Assembly: GCA_032718475.1 (NCBI GenBank)
Contig: JAUCBJ010003385.1
Span: 1-64,000, forward strand
DNA: 64,000 nt
Direction: 5' to 3'
From: Nemertoderma westbladi
Lineage: Eukaryota; Animalia; Xenacoelomorpha
Under the pieces are notes generated by a model. It had not been told where the DNA came from. It saw only the letters and a list, made by a program, of their open reading frames with translations, and did not search any database. The position numbers and the translations under genes were made by a program. Position 1 is the stretch's first letter, and every line of letters begins with the position of its first letter. This document shows positions 50,601 to 64,000 of this stretch, piece by piece.

Positions 50601-53600
50601 TAACCTTCATGGCAACTGTAATTAGGTACCAACGTTCTAGAACAACTAACCTTCATGGCAACTGTAATTAGGTACCAACGTTCTAGAACAACTAACCTTC
50701 ATGGCAACTGTAATTAGGTACCAACGTTCTAGAACAACTAACCTTCATGGCAACTGTAATTAGGTACCAACGTTCTAGAACAACTAACCTTCATGGCAAC
50801 TGTAATTAGGTACCAACGTTCTAGAACAACTAACCTTCATGGCAACTGTAATTAGGTACCAACGTTCAAGAACAACTAACCTTCATGGCAACTGTAATTA
50901 GGTACCAACGTTCTAGAACAACTAACCTTCATGGCAACTGTAATTAGGTACCAACGTTCTAGAACAACTAACCTTCATGGCAACTGTAATTAGGTACCAA
51001 CGTTCAAGAACAACTAACCTTCATGGCAACTGTAATTAGGTACCAACGTTCTAGAACAACTAACCTTCATGGCAACTGTAATTAGGTACCAACGTTCTAG
51101 AACAACTAACCTTCATGGCAACTGTAATTAGGTACCAACGTTCTAGAACAACTAACCTTCATGGCAACTGTAATTAGGTACCAACGTTCTAGAACAACTA
51201 ACCTTCATGGCAACTGTAATTAGGTACCAACGTTCTAGAACAACTAACCTTCATGGCAACTGTAATTAGGTACCAACGTTCTAGAACAACTAACCTTCAT
51301 GGCAACTGTAATTAGGTACCAACGTTCTAGAAGAACTAACCTTCATGGCAACTGTAATTAGGTACCAACGTTCTAGAACAACTAACCTTCATGGCAACTG
51401 TAATTAGGTACCAACGTTCTAGAAGAACTAACCTTCATGGCAACTGTAATTAGGTACCAACGTTCTAGAACAACTAACCTTCATGGCAACTGTAATTAGG
51501 TACCAACGTTCTATAACAACTAACCTTCATGGCAACTGTAATTAGGTACCAACGTTCAAGAACAACTAACCTTCATGGCAACTGTAATTAGGTACCAACG
51601 TTCTAGAACAACTAACCTTCATGGCAACTGTAATTAGGTACCAACGTTCTAGAAGAACTAACCTTCATGGCAACTGTAATTAGGTACCAACGTTCTAGAA
51701 CAACTAACCTTCATGGCAACTGTAATTAGGTACCAACGTTCTAGAAGAACTAACCTTCATGGCAACTGTAATTAGGTACCAACGTTCTAGAAGAACTAAC
51801 CTTCATGTCAAATGTAATTAGGTACCAACGTTCTAGAACAACTAACCTTCATGGCAACTGTAATTAGGTACCAACGTTCTAGAACAACTAACCTTCATGG
51901 CAACTGTAATTAGGTACCAACGTTCTAGAACAACTAACCTTCATGGCAACTGTAATTAGGTACCAACGTTCTATAACAACTAACCTTCATGGCAACTGTA
52001 ATTAGGTACCAACGTTCTAGAACAACTAACCTTCATGGCAACTGTAATTAGGTACCAACGTTCTAGAAGAACTAACCTTCATGGCAACTGTAATTAGGTA
52101 CCAACGTTCAAGAACAACTAACCTTCATGGCAACTGTAATTAGGTACCAACGTTCTAGAAGAACTAACCTTCATGGCAACTGTAATTAGGTACCAACGTT
52201 CTAGAAGAACTAACCTTCATGTCAAATGTAATTAGGTACCAACGTTCAAGAACAACTAACCTTCATGGCAACTGTAATTAGGTACCAACGTTCTAGAACA
52301 ACTAACCTTCATGGCAACTGTAATTAGGTACCAACGTTCTAGAAGAACTAACCTTCATGGCAACTGTAATTAGGTACCAACGTTCTAGAAGAACTAACCT
52401 TCATGGCAACTGTAATTAGGTACCAACGTTCTAGAACAACTAACCTTCATGGCAACTGTAATTAGGTACCAACGTTCTAGAACAACTAACCTTCATGGCA
52501 ACTGTAATTAGGTACCAACGTTCAAGAACAACTAACCTTCATGGCAACTGTAATTAGGTACCAACGTTCAAGAACAACTAACCTTCATGGCAACTGTAAT
52601 TAGGTACCAACGTTCTAGAACAACTAACCTTCATGGCAACTGTAATTAGGTACCAACGTTCTAGAACAACTAACCTTCATGGCAACTGTAATTAGGTACC
52701 AACGTTCTAGAACAACTAACCTTCATGGCAAATGTAATTAGGTGCCAACGTTCTAGAACAACTAACCTTCATGGCAACTGTAATTAGGTACCAACGTTCA
52801 AGAACAACTAACCTTCATGGCAACTGTAATTAGGTACCAACGTTCTAGAACAACTAACCTTCATGTCAAATGTAATTAGGTACCAACGTTCAAGAACAAC
52901 TAACCTTCATGGCAACTGTAATTAGGTACCAACGTTCAAGAACAACTAACCTTCATGGCAACTGTAATTAGGTACCAACGTTCTAGAACAACTAACCTTC
53001 ATGGCAACTGTAATTAGGTACCAACGTTCTAGAAGAACTAACCTTCATGGCAACTGTAATTAGGTACCAACGTTCTAGAAGAACTAACCTTCATGGCAAC
53101 TGTAATTAGGTACCAACGTTCAAGAACAACTAACCTTCATGGCAACTGTAATTAGGTACCAACGTTCAAGAACAACTAACCTTCATGGCAACTGTAATTA
53201 GGTACCAACGTTCTAGAACAACTAACCTTCATGGCAACTGTAATTAGGTACCAACGTTCTAGAAGAACTAACCTTCATGGCAACTGTAATTAGGTACCAA
53301 CGTTCTAGAACAACTAACCTTCATGGCAACTGTAATTAGGTACCAACGTTCAAGAACAACTAACCTTCATGGCAACTGTAATTAGGTACCAACGTTCTAG
53401 AACAACTAACCTTCATGGCAACTGTAATTAGGTACCAACGTTCAAGAACAACTAACCTTCATGGCAACTGTAATTAGGTACCAACGTTCAAGAACAACTA
53501 ACCTTCATGGCAACTGTAATTAGGTACCAACGTTCTAGAACAACTAACCTTCATGGCAACTGTAATTAGGTACCAACGTTCTAGAAGAACTAACCTTCAT

Positions 53601-56600
53601 GGCAACTGTAATTAGGTACCAACGTTCTAGAACAACTAACCTTCATGGCAACTGTAATTAGGTACCAACGTTCTAGAACAACTAACCTTCATGGCAACTG
53701 TAATTAGGTACCAACGTTCAAGAACAACTAACCTTCATGGCAACTGTAATTAGGTACCAACGTTCTAGAAGAACTAACCTTCATGGCAACTGTAATTAGG
53801 TACCAACGTTCAAGAACAACTAACCTTCATGGCAACTGTAATTAGGTACCAACGTTCAAGAACAACTAACCTTCATGGCAACTGTAATTAGGTACCAACG
53901 TTCTAGAACAACTAACCTTCATGGCAACTGTAATTAGGTACCAACGTTCAAGAACAACTAACCTTCATGGCAACTGTAATTAGGTACCAACGTTCTAGAA
54001 CAACTAACCTTCATGGCAACTGTAATTAAGGTCACGAACGTTCTAGAACAACTAACCTTCATGTCAAATGTAATTAGGTACCAACGTTCTAGAACAACTA
54101 ACCTTCATGGCAACTGTAATTAGGTACCAACGTTCTAGAACAACTAACCTTCATGGCAACTGTAATTAGGTACCAACGTTGTAGAACAACTAACCTTCAT
54201 GGCAACTGTAATTAGGTACCAACGTTCTAGAACAACTAACCTTCATGGCAACTGTAATTAGGTACCAACGTTGTAGAACAACTAACCTTCATGGCAACTG
54301 TAATTAGGTACCAACGTTCTAGAACAACTAACCTTCATGGCAACTGTAATTAGGTCCCAACGTTCTAGAACAACTAACCTTCATGGCAACTGTAATTAGG
54401 TACCAACGTTCAAGAACAACTAACCTTCATGGCAACTGTAATTAGGTACCAACGTTCAAGAACAACTAACCTTCATGGCAACTGTAATTAGGTACCAACG
54501 TTCAAGAACAACTAACCTTCATGGCAACTGTAATTAGGTCCCAACGTTCTAGAACAACTAACCTTCATGGCAACTGTAATTAGGTACCAACGTTCAAGAA
54601 CAACTAACCTTCATGGCAACTGTAATTAGGTACCAACGTTCAAGAACAACTAACCTTCATGGCAACTGTAATTAGGTACCAACGTTGTAGAACAACTAAC
54701 CTTCATGGCAACTGTAATTAGGTACCAACGTTCTATAACAACTAACCTTCATGGCAACTGTAATTAGGTACCAACGTTCTAGAACAACTAACCTTCATGG
54801 CAACTGTAATTAGGTACCAACGTTCAAGAACAACTAACCTTCATGGCAACTGTAATTAGGTACCAACGTTCAAGAACAACTAACCTTCATGGCAACTGTA
54901 ATTAGGTCCCAACGTTCTAGAACAACTAACCTTCATGGCAACTGTAATTAGGTACCAACGTTCAAGAACAACTAACCTTCATGGCAACTGTAATTAGGTA
55001 CCAACGTTGTAGAACAACTAACCTTCATGGCAACTGTAATTAGGTACCAACGTTCTAGAAGAACTAACCTTCATGGCAACTGTAATTAGGTACCAACGTT
55101 CTAGAACAACTAACCTTCATGGCAACTGTAATTAGGTACCAACGTTCTAGAACAACTAACCTTCATGGCAAATGTAATTAGGTGCCAACGTTCTAGAACA
55201 ACTAACCTTCATGGCAACTGTAATTAGGTACCAACGTTCAAGAACAACTAACCTTCATGGCAACTGTAATTAGGTACCAACGTTCTAGAACAACTAACCT
55301 TCATGTCAAATGTAATTAGGTACCAACGTTCAAGAACAACTAACCTTCATGGCAACTGTAATTAGGTACCAACGTTCAAGAACAACTAACCTTCATGGCA
55401 ACTGTAATTAGGTACCAACGTTCTAGAACAACTAACCTTCATGGCAACTGTAATTAGGTACCAACGTTCTAGAAGAACTAACCTTCATGGCAACTGTAAT
55501 TAGGTACCAACGTTCTAGAACAACTAACCTTCATGGCAACTGTAATTAGGTACCAACGTTCTAGAACAACTAACCTTCATGGCAACTGTAATTAGGTACC
55601 AACGTTCTAGAACAACTAACCTTCATGGCAACTGTAATTAGGTACCAACGTTCAAGAACAACTAACCTTCATGGCAACTGTAATTAGGTACCAACGTTCA
55701 AGAACAACTAACCTTCATGGCAACTGTAATTAGGTACCAACGTTCTAGAAGAACTAACCTTCATGGCAACTGTAATTAGGTACCAACGTTCTAGAAGAAC
55801 TAACCTTCATGGCAACTGTAATTAGGTACCAACGTTCAAGAACAACTAACCTTCATGGCAACTGTAATTAGGTACCAACGTTCAAGAACAACTAACCTTC
55901 ATGGCAACTGTAATTAGGTACCAACGTTCTAGAACAACTAACCTTCATGGCAACTGTAATTAGGTACCAACGTTCTAGAAGAACTAACCTTCATGGCAAC
56001 TGTAATTAGGTACCAACGTTCTATAACAACTAACCTTCATGGCAACTGTAATTAGGTACCAACGTTCTAGAAGAACTAACCTTCATGGCAACTGTAATTA
56101 GGTACCAACGTTCTAGAACAACTAACCTTCATGGCAACTGTAATTAGGTACCAACGTTCAAGAACAACTAACCTTCATGGCAACTGTAATTAGGTACCAA
56201 CGTTCTAGAACAACTAACCTTCATGGCAACTGTAATTAGGTACCAACGTTCTAGAACAACTAACCTTCATGGCAACTGTAATTAGGTACCAACGTTCTAG
56301 AACAACTAACCTTCATGGCAACTGTAATTAGGTACCAACGTTCTAGAAGAACTAACCTTCATGGCAACTGTAATTAGGTACCAACGTTCTAGAACAACTA
56401 ACCTTCATGGCAACTGTAATTAGGTACCAACGTTCTAGAACAACTAACCTTCATGGCAACTGTAATTAGGTACCAACGTTCTAGAACAACTAACCTTCAT
56501 GGCAACTGTAATTAGGTACCAACGTTCTAGAACAACTAACCTTCATGTCAACTGTAATTAGGTACCAACGTTCAAGAACAACTAACCTTCATGGCAACTG

Positions 56601-59600
56601 TAATTAGGTACCAACGTTCTATAACAACTAACCTTCATGGCAACTGTAATTAGGTACCAACGTTCAAGAACAACTAACCTTCATGGCAACTGTAATTAGG
56701 TACCAACGTTCTAGAACAACTAACCTTCATGGCAACTGTAATTAGGTACCAACGTTCTAGAAGAACTAACCTTCATGGCAACTGTAATTAGGTACCAACG
56801 TTCTACAACAACTACCCTTCATGGCAACTGTAATTAGGTACCAACGTTCTAGAACAACTAACCTTCATGGCAACTGTAATTAGGTACCAACGTTCTAGAA
56901 CAACTAACCTTCATGGCAACTGTAATTAGGTACCAACGTTCTAGAACAACTAACCTTCATGGCAACTGTAATTAGGTACCAACGTTCTAGAACAACTAAC
57001 CTTCATGGCAACTGTAATTAGGTACCAACGTTCTATAACAACTAACCTTCATGGCAACTGTAATTAGGTACCAACGTTCTAGAACAACTAACCTTCATGG
57101 CAACTGTAATTAGGTACCAACGTTCTAGAACAACTAACCTTCATGGCAACTGTAATTAGGTACCAACGTTCTATAACAACTAACCTTCATGGCAACTGTA
57201 ATTAGGTACCAACGTTCTAGAACAACTAACCTTCATGGCAACTGTAATTAGGTACCAACGTTCTAGAAGAACTAACCTTCATGGCAACTGTAATTAGGTA
57301 CCAACGTTCAAGAACAACTAACCTTCATGGCAACTGTAATTAGGTACCAACGTTCTAGAAGAACTAACCTTCATGGCAACTGTAATTAGGTACCAACGTT
57401 CTAGAACAACTAACCTTCATGGCAACTGTAATTAGGTACCAACGTTCTAGAACAACTAACCTTCATGGCAACTGTAATTAGGTACCAACGTTCTAGAACA
57501 ACTAACCTTCATGGCAACTGTAATTAGGTACCAACGTTCTAGAACAACTAACCTTCATGGCAACTGTAATTAGGTACCAACGTTCTAGAACAACTAACCT
57601 TCATGTCAACTGTAATTAGGTACCAACGTTCAAGAACAACTAACCTTCATGGCAACTGTAATTAGGTACCAACGTTCTAGAAGAACTAACCTTCATGGCA
57701 ACTGTAATTAGGTACCAACGTTCTAGAACAACTAACCTTCATGGCAACTGTAATTAGGTACCAACGTTCTAGAACAACTAACCTTCATGGCAACTGTAAT
57801 TAGGTACCAACGTTCTAGAACAACTAACCTTCATGGCAACTGTAATTAGGTACCAACGTTCTATAACAACTAACCTTCATGGCAACTGTAATTAGGTACC
57901 AACGTTCTAGAACAACTAACCTTCATGGCAACTGTAATTAGGTACCAACGTTCAAGAACAACTAACCTTCATGGCAACTGTAATTAGGTACCAACGTTCT
58001 AGAACAACTAACCTTCATGGCAACTGTAATTAGGTACCAACGTTCTAGAAGAACTAACCTTCATGGCAACTGTAATTAGGTACCAACGTTCTAGAACAAC
58101 TAACCTTCATGGCAACTGTAATTAGGTACCAACGTTCTAGAACAACTAACCTTCATGGCAACTGTAATTAGGTACCAACGTTCTAGAACAACTAACCTTC
58201 ATGGCAACTGTAATTAGGTACCAACGTTCTAGAACAACTAACCTTCATGGCAACTGTAATTAGGTACCAACGTTCTAGAAGAACTAACCTTCATGGCAAC
58301 TGTAATTAGGTACCAACGTTCAAGAACAACTAACCTTCATGGCAACTGTAATTAGGTACCAACGTTCTAGAACAACTAACCTTCATGGCAACTGTAATTA
58401 GGTACCAACGTTCTAGAACAACTAACCTTCATGGCAACTGTAATTAGGTACCAACGTTCTAGAACAACTAACCTTCATGGCAACTGTAATTAGGTACCAA
58501 CGTTCTAGAACAACTAACCTTCATGGCAACTGTAATTAGGTACCAACGTTCTAGAACAACTAACCTTCATGGCAACTGTAATTAGGTACCAACGTTCTAG
58601 AACAACTAACCTTCATGGCAAATGTAATTAGGTACCAACGTTCAAGAACAACTAACCTTCATGGCAACTGTAATTAGGTACCAACGTTCTAGAAGAACTA
58701 ACCTTCATGGCAACTGTAATTAGGTACCAACGTTCTAGAACAACTAACCTTCATGGCAACTGTAATTAGGTACCAACGTTCTAGAACAACTAACCTTCAT
58801 GGCAACTGTAATTAGGTACCAACGTTCTAGAACAACTAACCTTCATGGCAACTGTAATTAGGTACCAACGTTCTAGAACAACTAACCTTCATGGCAACTG
58901 TAATTAGGTACCAACGTTCTAGAACAACTAACCTTCATGGCAACTGTAATTAGGTACCAACGTTCAAGAACAACTAACCTTCATGGCAACTGTAATTAGG
59001 TACCAACGTTCTAGAACAACTAACCTTCATGGCAACTGTAATTAGGTACCAACGTTCTAGAACAACTAACCTTCATGGCAACTGTAATTAGGTACCAACG
59101 TTCTAGAACAACTAACCTTCATGGCAACTGTAATTAGGTACCAACGTTCTAGAAGAACTAACCTTCATGGCAACTGTAATTAGGTACCAACGTTCTAGAA
59201 CAACTAACCTTCATGGCAACTGTAATTAGGTACCAACGTTCTAGAACAACTAACCTTCATGGCAACTGTAATTAGGTACCAACGTTCAAGAACAACTAAC
59301 CTTCATGGCAACTGTAATTAGGTACCAACGTTCTAGAACAACTAACCTTCATGGCAACTGTAATTAGGTACCAACGTTCTAGAACAACTAACCTTCATGG
59401 CAACTGTAATTAGGTACCAACGTTCTAGAACAACTAACCTTCATGGCAACTGTAATTAGGTACCAACGTTCTAGAACAACTAACCTTCATGGCAACTGTA
59501 ATTAGGTACCAACGTTCAAGAACAACTAACCTTCATGGCAACTGTAATTAGGTACCAACGTTCTAGAACAACTAACCTTCATGGCAACTGTAATTAGGTA

Positions 59601-62600
59601 CCAACGTTCTAGAACAACTAACCTTCATGGCAACTGTAATTAGGTACCAACGTTCTAGAACAACTAACCTTCATGGCAACTGTAATTAGGTACCAACGTT
59701 CAAGAACAACTAACCTTCATGGCAACTGTAATTAGGTACCAACGTTCTAGAACAACTAACCTTCATGGCAACTGTAATTAGGTACCAACGTTCTAGAACA
59801 ACTAACCTTCATGGCAACTGTAATTAGGTACCAACGTTCTAGAACAACTAACCTTCATGGCAACTGTAATTAGGTACCAACGTTCAAGAACAACTAACCT
59901 TCATGGCAACTGTAATTAGGTACCAACGTTCTAGAACAACTAACCTTCATGGCAACTGTAATTAGGTACCAACGTTCTAGAACAACTAACCTTCATGGCA
60001 ACTGTAATTAGGTACCAACGTTCAAGAACAACTAACCTTCATGGCAACTGTAATTAGGTACCAACGTTCTAGAACAACTAACCTTCATGGCAACTGTAAT
60101 TAGGTACCAACGTTCTAGAACAACTAACCTTCATGGCAACTGTAATTAGGTACCAACGTTCTAGAACAACTAACCTTCATGGCAACTGTAATTAGGTACC
60201 AACGTTCTAGAACAACTAACCTTCATGGCAACTGTAATTAGGTACCAACGTTCAAGAACAACTAACCTTCATGGCAACTGTAATTAGGTACCAACGTTCT
60301 AGAACAACTAACCTTCATGGCAACTGTAATTAGGTACCAACGTTCTAGAACAACTAACCTTCATGGCAACTGTAATTAGGTACCAACGTTCAAGAACAAC
60401 TAACCTTCATGGCAACTGTAATTAGGTACCAACGTTCTAGAACAACTAACCTTCATGGCAACTGTAATTAGGTACCAACGTTCTAGAACAACTAACCTTC
60501 ATGGCAACTGTAATTAGGTACCAACGTTCAAGAACAACTAACCTTCATGGCAACTGTAATTAGGTACCAACGTTCTAGAACAACTAACCTTCATGGCAAC
60601 TGTAATTAGGTACCAACGTTCTAGAACAACTAACCTTCATGGCAACTGTAATTAGGTACCAACGTTCAAGAACAACTAACCTTCATGGCAACTGTAATTA
60701 GGTACCAACGTTCTAGAACAACTAACCTTCATGGCAACTGTAATTAGGTACCAACGTTCTAGAACAACTAACCTTCATGGCAACTGTAATTAGGTACCAA
60801 CGTTCTAGAAGAACTAACCTTCATGGCAACTGTAATTAGGTACCAACGTTCTAGAAGAACTAACCTTCATGGCAACTGTAATTAGGTACCAACGTTCTAG
60901 AACAACTAACCTTCATGGCAACTGTAATTAGGTACCAACGTTCTAGAACAACTAACCGTCATGGCAACTGTAATTAGGTACCAACGTTCTACAACAACTA
61001 ACCTTCATGGCAACTGTAATTAGGTACCAACGTTCTAGAAGAACTAACCTTCATGGCAACTGTAATTAGGTACCAACGTTCTACAACAACTAACCTTCAT
61101 GGCAACTGTAATTAGGTACCAACGTTCTATAACAACTAACCTTCATGGCAACTGTAATTAGGTACCAACGTTCTAGAAGAACTAACCTTCATGGCAACTG
61201 TAATTAGGTACCAACGTTCAAGAACAACTAACCTTCATGGCAACTGTAATTAGGTACCAACGTTCTAGAACAACTAACCTTCATGGCAACTGTAATTAGG
61301 TACCAACGTTCAAGAACAACTAACCTTCATGTCAAATGTAATTAGGTACCAACGTTCTAGAACAACTAACCTTCATGTCAAATGTAATTAGGTACCAACG
61401 TTCAAGAACAACTAACCTTCATGTCAAATGTAATTAGGTACCAACGTTCTAGAACAACTAACCTTCATGGCAACTGTAATTAGGTACCAACGTTCTACAA
61501 CAACTAACCTTCATGGCAACTGTAATTAGGTACCAACGTTCTATAACAACTAACCTTCATGGCAACTGTAATTAGGTACCAACGTTCTAGAAGAACTAAC
61601 CTTCATGGCAACTGTAATTAGGTACCAACGTTCAAGAACAACTAACCTTCATGGCAACTGTAATTAGGTACCAACGTTCTAGAACAACTAACCTTCATGG
61701 CAACTGTAATTAGGTACCAACGTTCAAGAACAACTAACCTTCATGTCAAATGTAATTAGGTACCAACGTTCTAGAACAACTAACCTTCATGTCAAATGTA
61801 ATTAGGTACCAACGTTCAAGAACAACTAACCTTCATGTCAAATGTAATTAGGTACCAACGTTCTAGAACAACTAACCTTCATGGCAACTGTAATTAGGTA
61901 CCAACGTTCTAGAACAACTAACCTTCATGGCAACTGTAATTAGGTACTAACGTTCAAGAACAACTAACCTTCATGGCAACTGTAATTAGGTACCAACGTT
62001 CTAGAACAACTAACCTTCATGGCAACTGTAATTAGGTGCCAACGTTCTAGAACAACTAACCTTCATGGCAACTGTAATTAGGTACCAACGTTCTAGAACA
62101 ACTAACCTTCATGGCAACTGTAATTAGGTACCAACGTTCTAGAACAACTAACCTTCATGGCAACTGTAATTAGGTACCAACGTTCTAGAACAACTAACCT
62201 TCATGGCAACTGTAATTAGGTACCAACGTTCTAGAACAACTAACCTTCATGGCAACTGTAATTAGGTACCAACGTTCTAGAACAACTAACCTTCATGGCA
62301 ACTGTAATTAGGTACCAACGTTCTATAACAACTAACCTTCATGTCAAATGTAATTAGGTACCAACGTTCAAGAACAACTAACCTTCATGGCAACTGTAAT
62401 TAGGTACCAACGTTCTAGAACAACTAACCTTCATGGCAACTGTAATTAGGTGCCAACGTTCTAGAACAACTAACCTTCATGGCAACTGTAATTAGGTACC
62501 AACGTTCTAGAACAACTAACCTTCATGGCAACTGTAATTAGGTACCAACGTTCAAGAACAACTAACCTTCATGTCAAATGTAATTAGGTACCAACGTTCA

Positions 62601-64000
62601 AGAACAACTAACCTTCATGTCAAATGTAATTAGGTACCAACGTTCTAGAACAACTAACCTTCATGTCAAATGTAATTAGGTACCAACGTTCAAGAACAAC
62701 TAACCTTCATGTCAAATGTAATTAGGTACCAACGTTCTAGAACAACTAACCTTCATGGCAACTGTAATTAGGTACCAACGTTCAAGAACAACTAACCTTC
62801 ATGGCAACTGTAATTAGGTACCAACGTTCTAGAACAACTAACCTTCATGGCAACTGTAATTAGGTGCCAACGTTCTAGAACAACTAACCTTCATGGCAAC
62901 TGTAATTAGGTACCAACGTTCTAGAACAACTAACCTTCATGGCAACTGTAATTAGGTACCAACGTTCTATAACAACTAACCTTCATGGCAACTGTAATTA
63001 GGTACCAACGTTCTAGAACAACTAACCTTCATGGCAACTGTAATTAGGTACCAACGTTCTAGAACAACTAACCTTCATGGCAACTGTAATTAGGTGCCAA
63101 CGTTCTAGAACAACTAACCTTCATGGCAACTGTAATTAGGTACCAACGTTCTAGAACAACTAACCTTCATGGCAACTGTAATTAGGTACCAACGTTCAAG
63201 AACAACTAACCTTCATGTCAAATGTAATTAGGTACCAACGTTCAAGAACAACTAACCTTCATGGCAACTGTAATTAGGTACCAACGTTCTAGAACAACTA
63301 ACCTTCATGGCAACTGTAATTAGGTGCCAACGTTCTAGAACAACTAACCTTCATGGCAACTGTAATTAGGTACCAACGTTCTAGAACAACTAACCTTCAT
63401 GGCAACTGTAATTAGGTACCAACGTTCTAGAACAACTAACCTTCATGGCAACTGTAATTAGGTACCAACGTTCTATAACAACTAACCTTCATGGCAACTG
63501 TAATTAGGTACCAACGTTCTAGAACAACTAACCTTCATGGCAACTGTAATTAGGTACCAACGTTCTAGAACAACTAACCTTCATGTCAAATGTAATTAGG
63601 TACCAACGTTCTAGAACAACTAACCTTCATGGCAACTGTAATTAGGTACCAACGTTCTAGAAGAACTAACCTTCATGGCAACTGTAATTAGGTACCAACG
63701 TTCTAGAACAACTAACCTTCATGGCAACTGTAATTAGGTACCAACGTTCTAGAACAACTAACCTTCATGGCAACTGTAATTAGGTACCAACGTTCTATAA
63801 CAACTAACCTTCATGGCAACTGTAATTAGGTACCAACGTTCTAGAACAACTAACCTTCATGGCAACTGTAATTAGGTACCAACGTTCTAGAACAACTAAC
63901 CTTCATGTCAAATGTAATTAGGTACCAACGTTCTAGAACAACTAACCTTCATGGCAACTGTAATTAGGTACCAACGTTCTATAACAACTAACCTTCATGG
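32664..64000. repeat. 46-bp satellite (CAACTAACCTTCATGGCAACTGTAATTAGGTACCAACGTTCTAGAA), ~680 copies, >31 kb, continues past the window end; probably intronic in the SH3 gene
   Basis: Seen directly. The minus strand of each unit contains ATGAAG|GTTAGT. The array starts ~60 nt from the acceptor of exon 32433-32604. Confidence 0.98.

Noticed and set aside
17652-64000. CRISPR array interpretation of the regular repeats
   Set aside because: No unique spacers (units are contiguous or use three recurring linkers), no cas genes, and the context is eukaryotic.
29044-64000. ACTAAC as tandem branch-point sequences on the plus strand
   Set aside because: The host gene is on the minus strand, where the motif reads GTTAGT and coincides with the donor needed to complete the SH3 domain.
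23999-64000. Shared unit lengths among arrays (45, 46 and 46 bp; 31 and 31 bp) as evidence of common origin
   Set aside because: The unit sequences are not alignable by eye and there are too few arrays to distinguish this from coincidence.

Overview
Eukaryotic, apparently metazoan, genomic DNA; about two thirds of it is tandem repeat. It holds two complete single-exon genes on the minus strand: a Cbl-family E3 ubiquitin ligase (1526-3457) and the meiotic crossover cyclin-like protein CNTD1/COSA-1 (13482-14372). It also holds the last two coding exons of a minus-strand SH3-domain gene that the ORF track misses (32433-32604 spliced to 28282-28993). The main observation is that this gene's introns are satellites built from tandem copies of the exon/intron junction itself. 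A 31-bp unit (about 110 copies, 3.4 kb) contains the last ~19 nt of the exon plus the AG|GTTAGT donor. A 46-bp unit (about 680 copies, >31 kb, running off the window) also carries AAG|GTTAGT. In both introns only ~50-60 nt of unique sequence remains before the acceptor. The 25-bp array at the window start may be a third case on the plus strand. The region 5-24 kb is rich in non-autonomous TIR elements: nested inverted repeats, a hAT-type MITE with an 8-bp TSD, a 5.4-kb foldback-like element with an internal higher-order satellite, and a decayed Gypsy pol fragment. All copy numbers are span divided by unit length, and family assignments come from motif recognition, not database searches.
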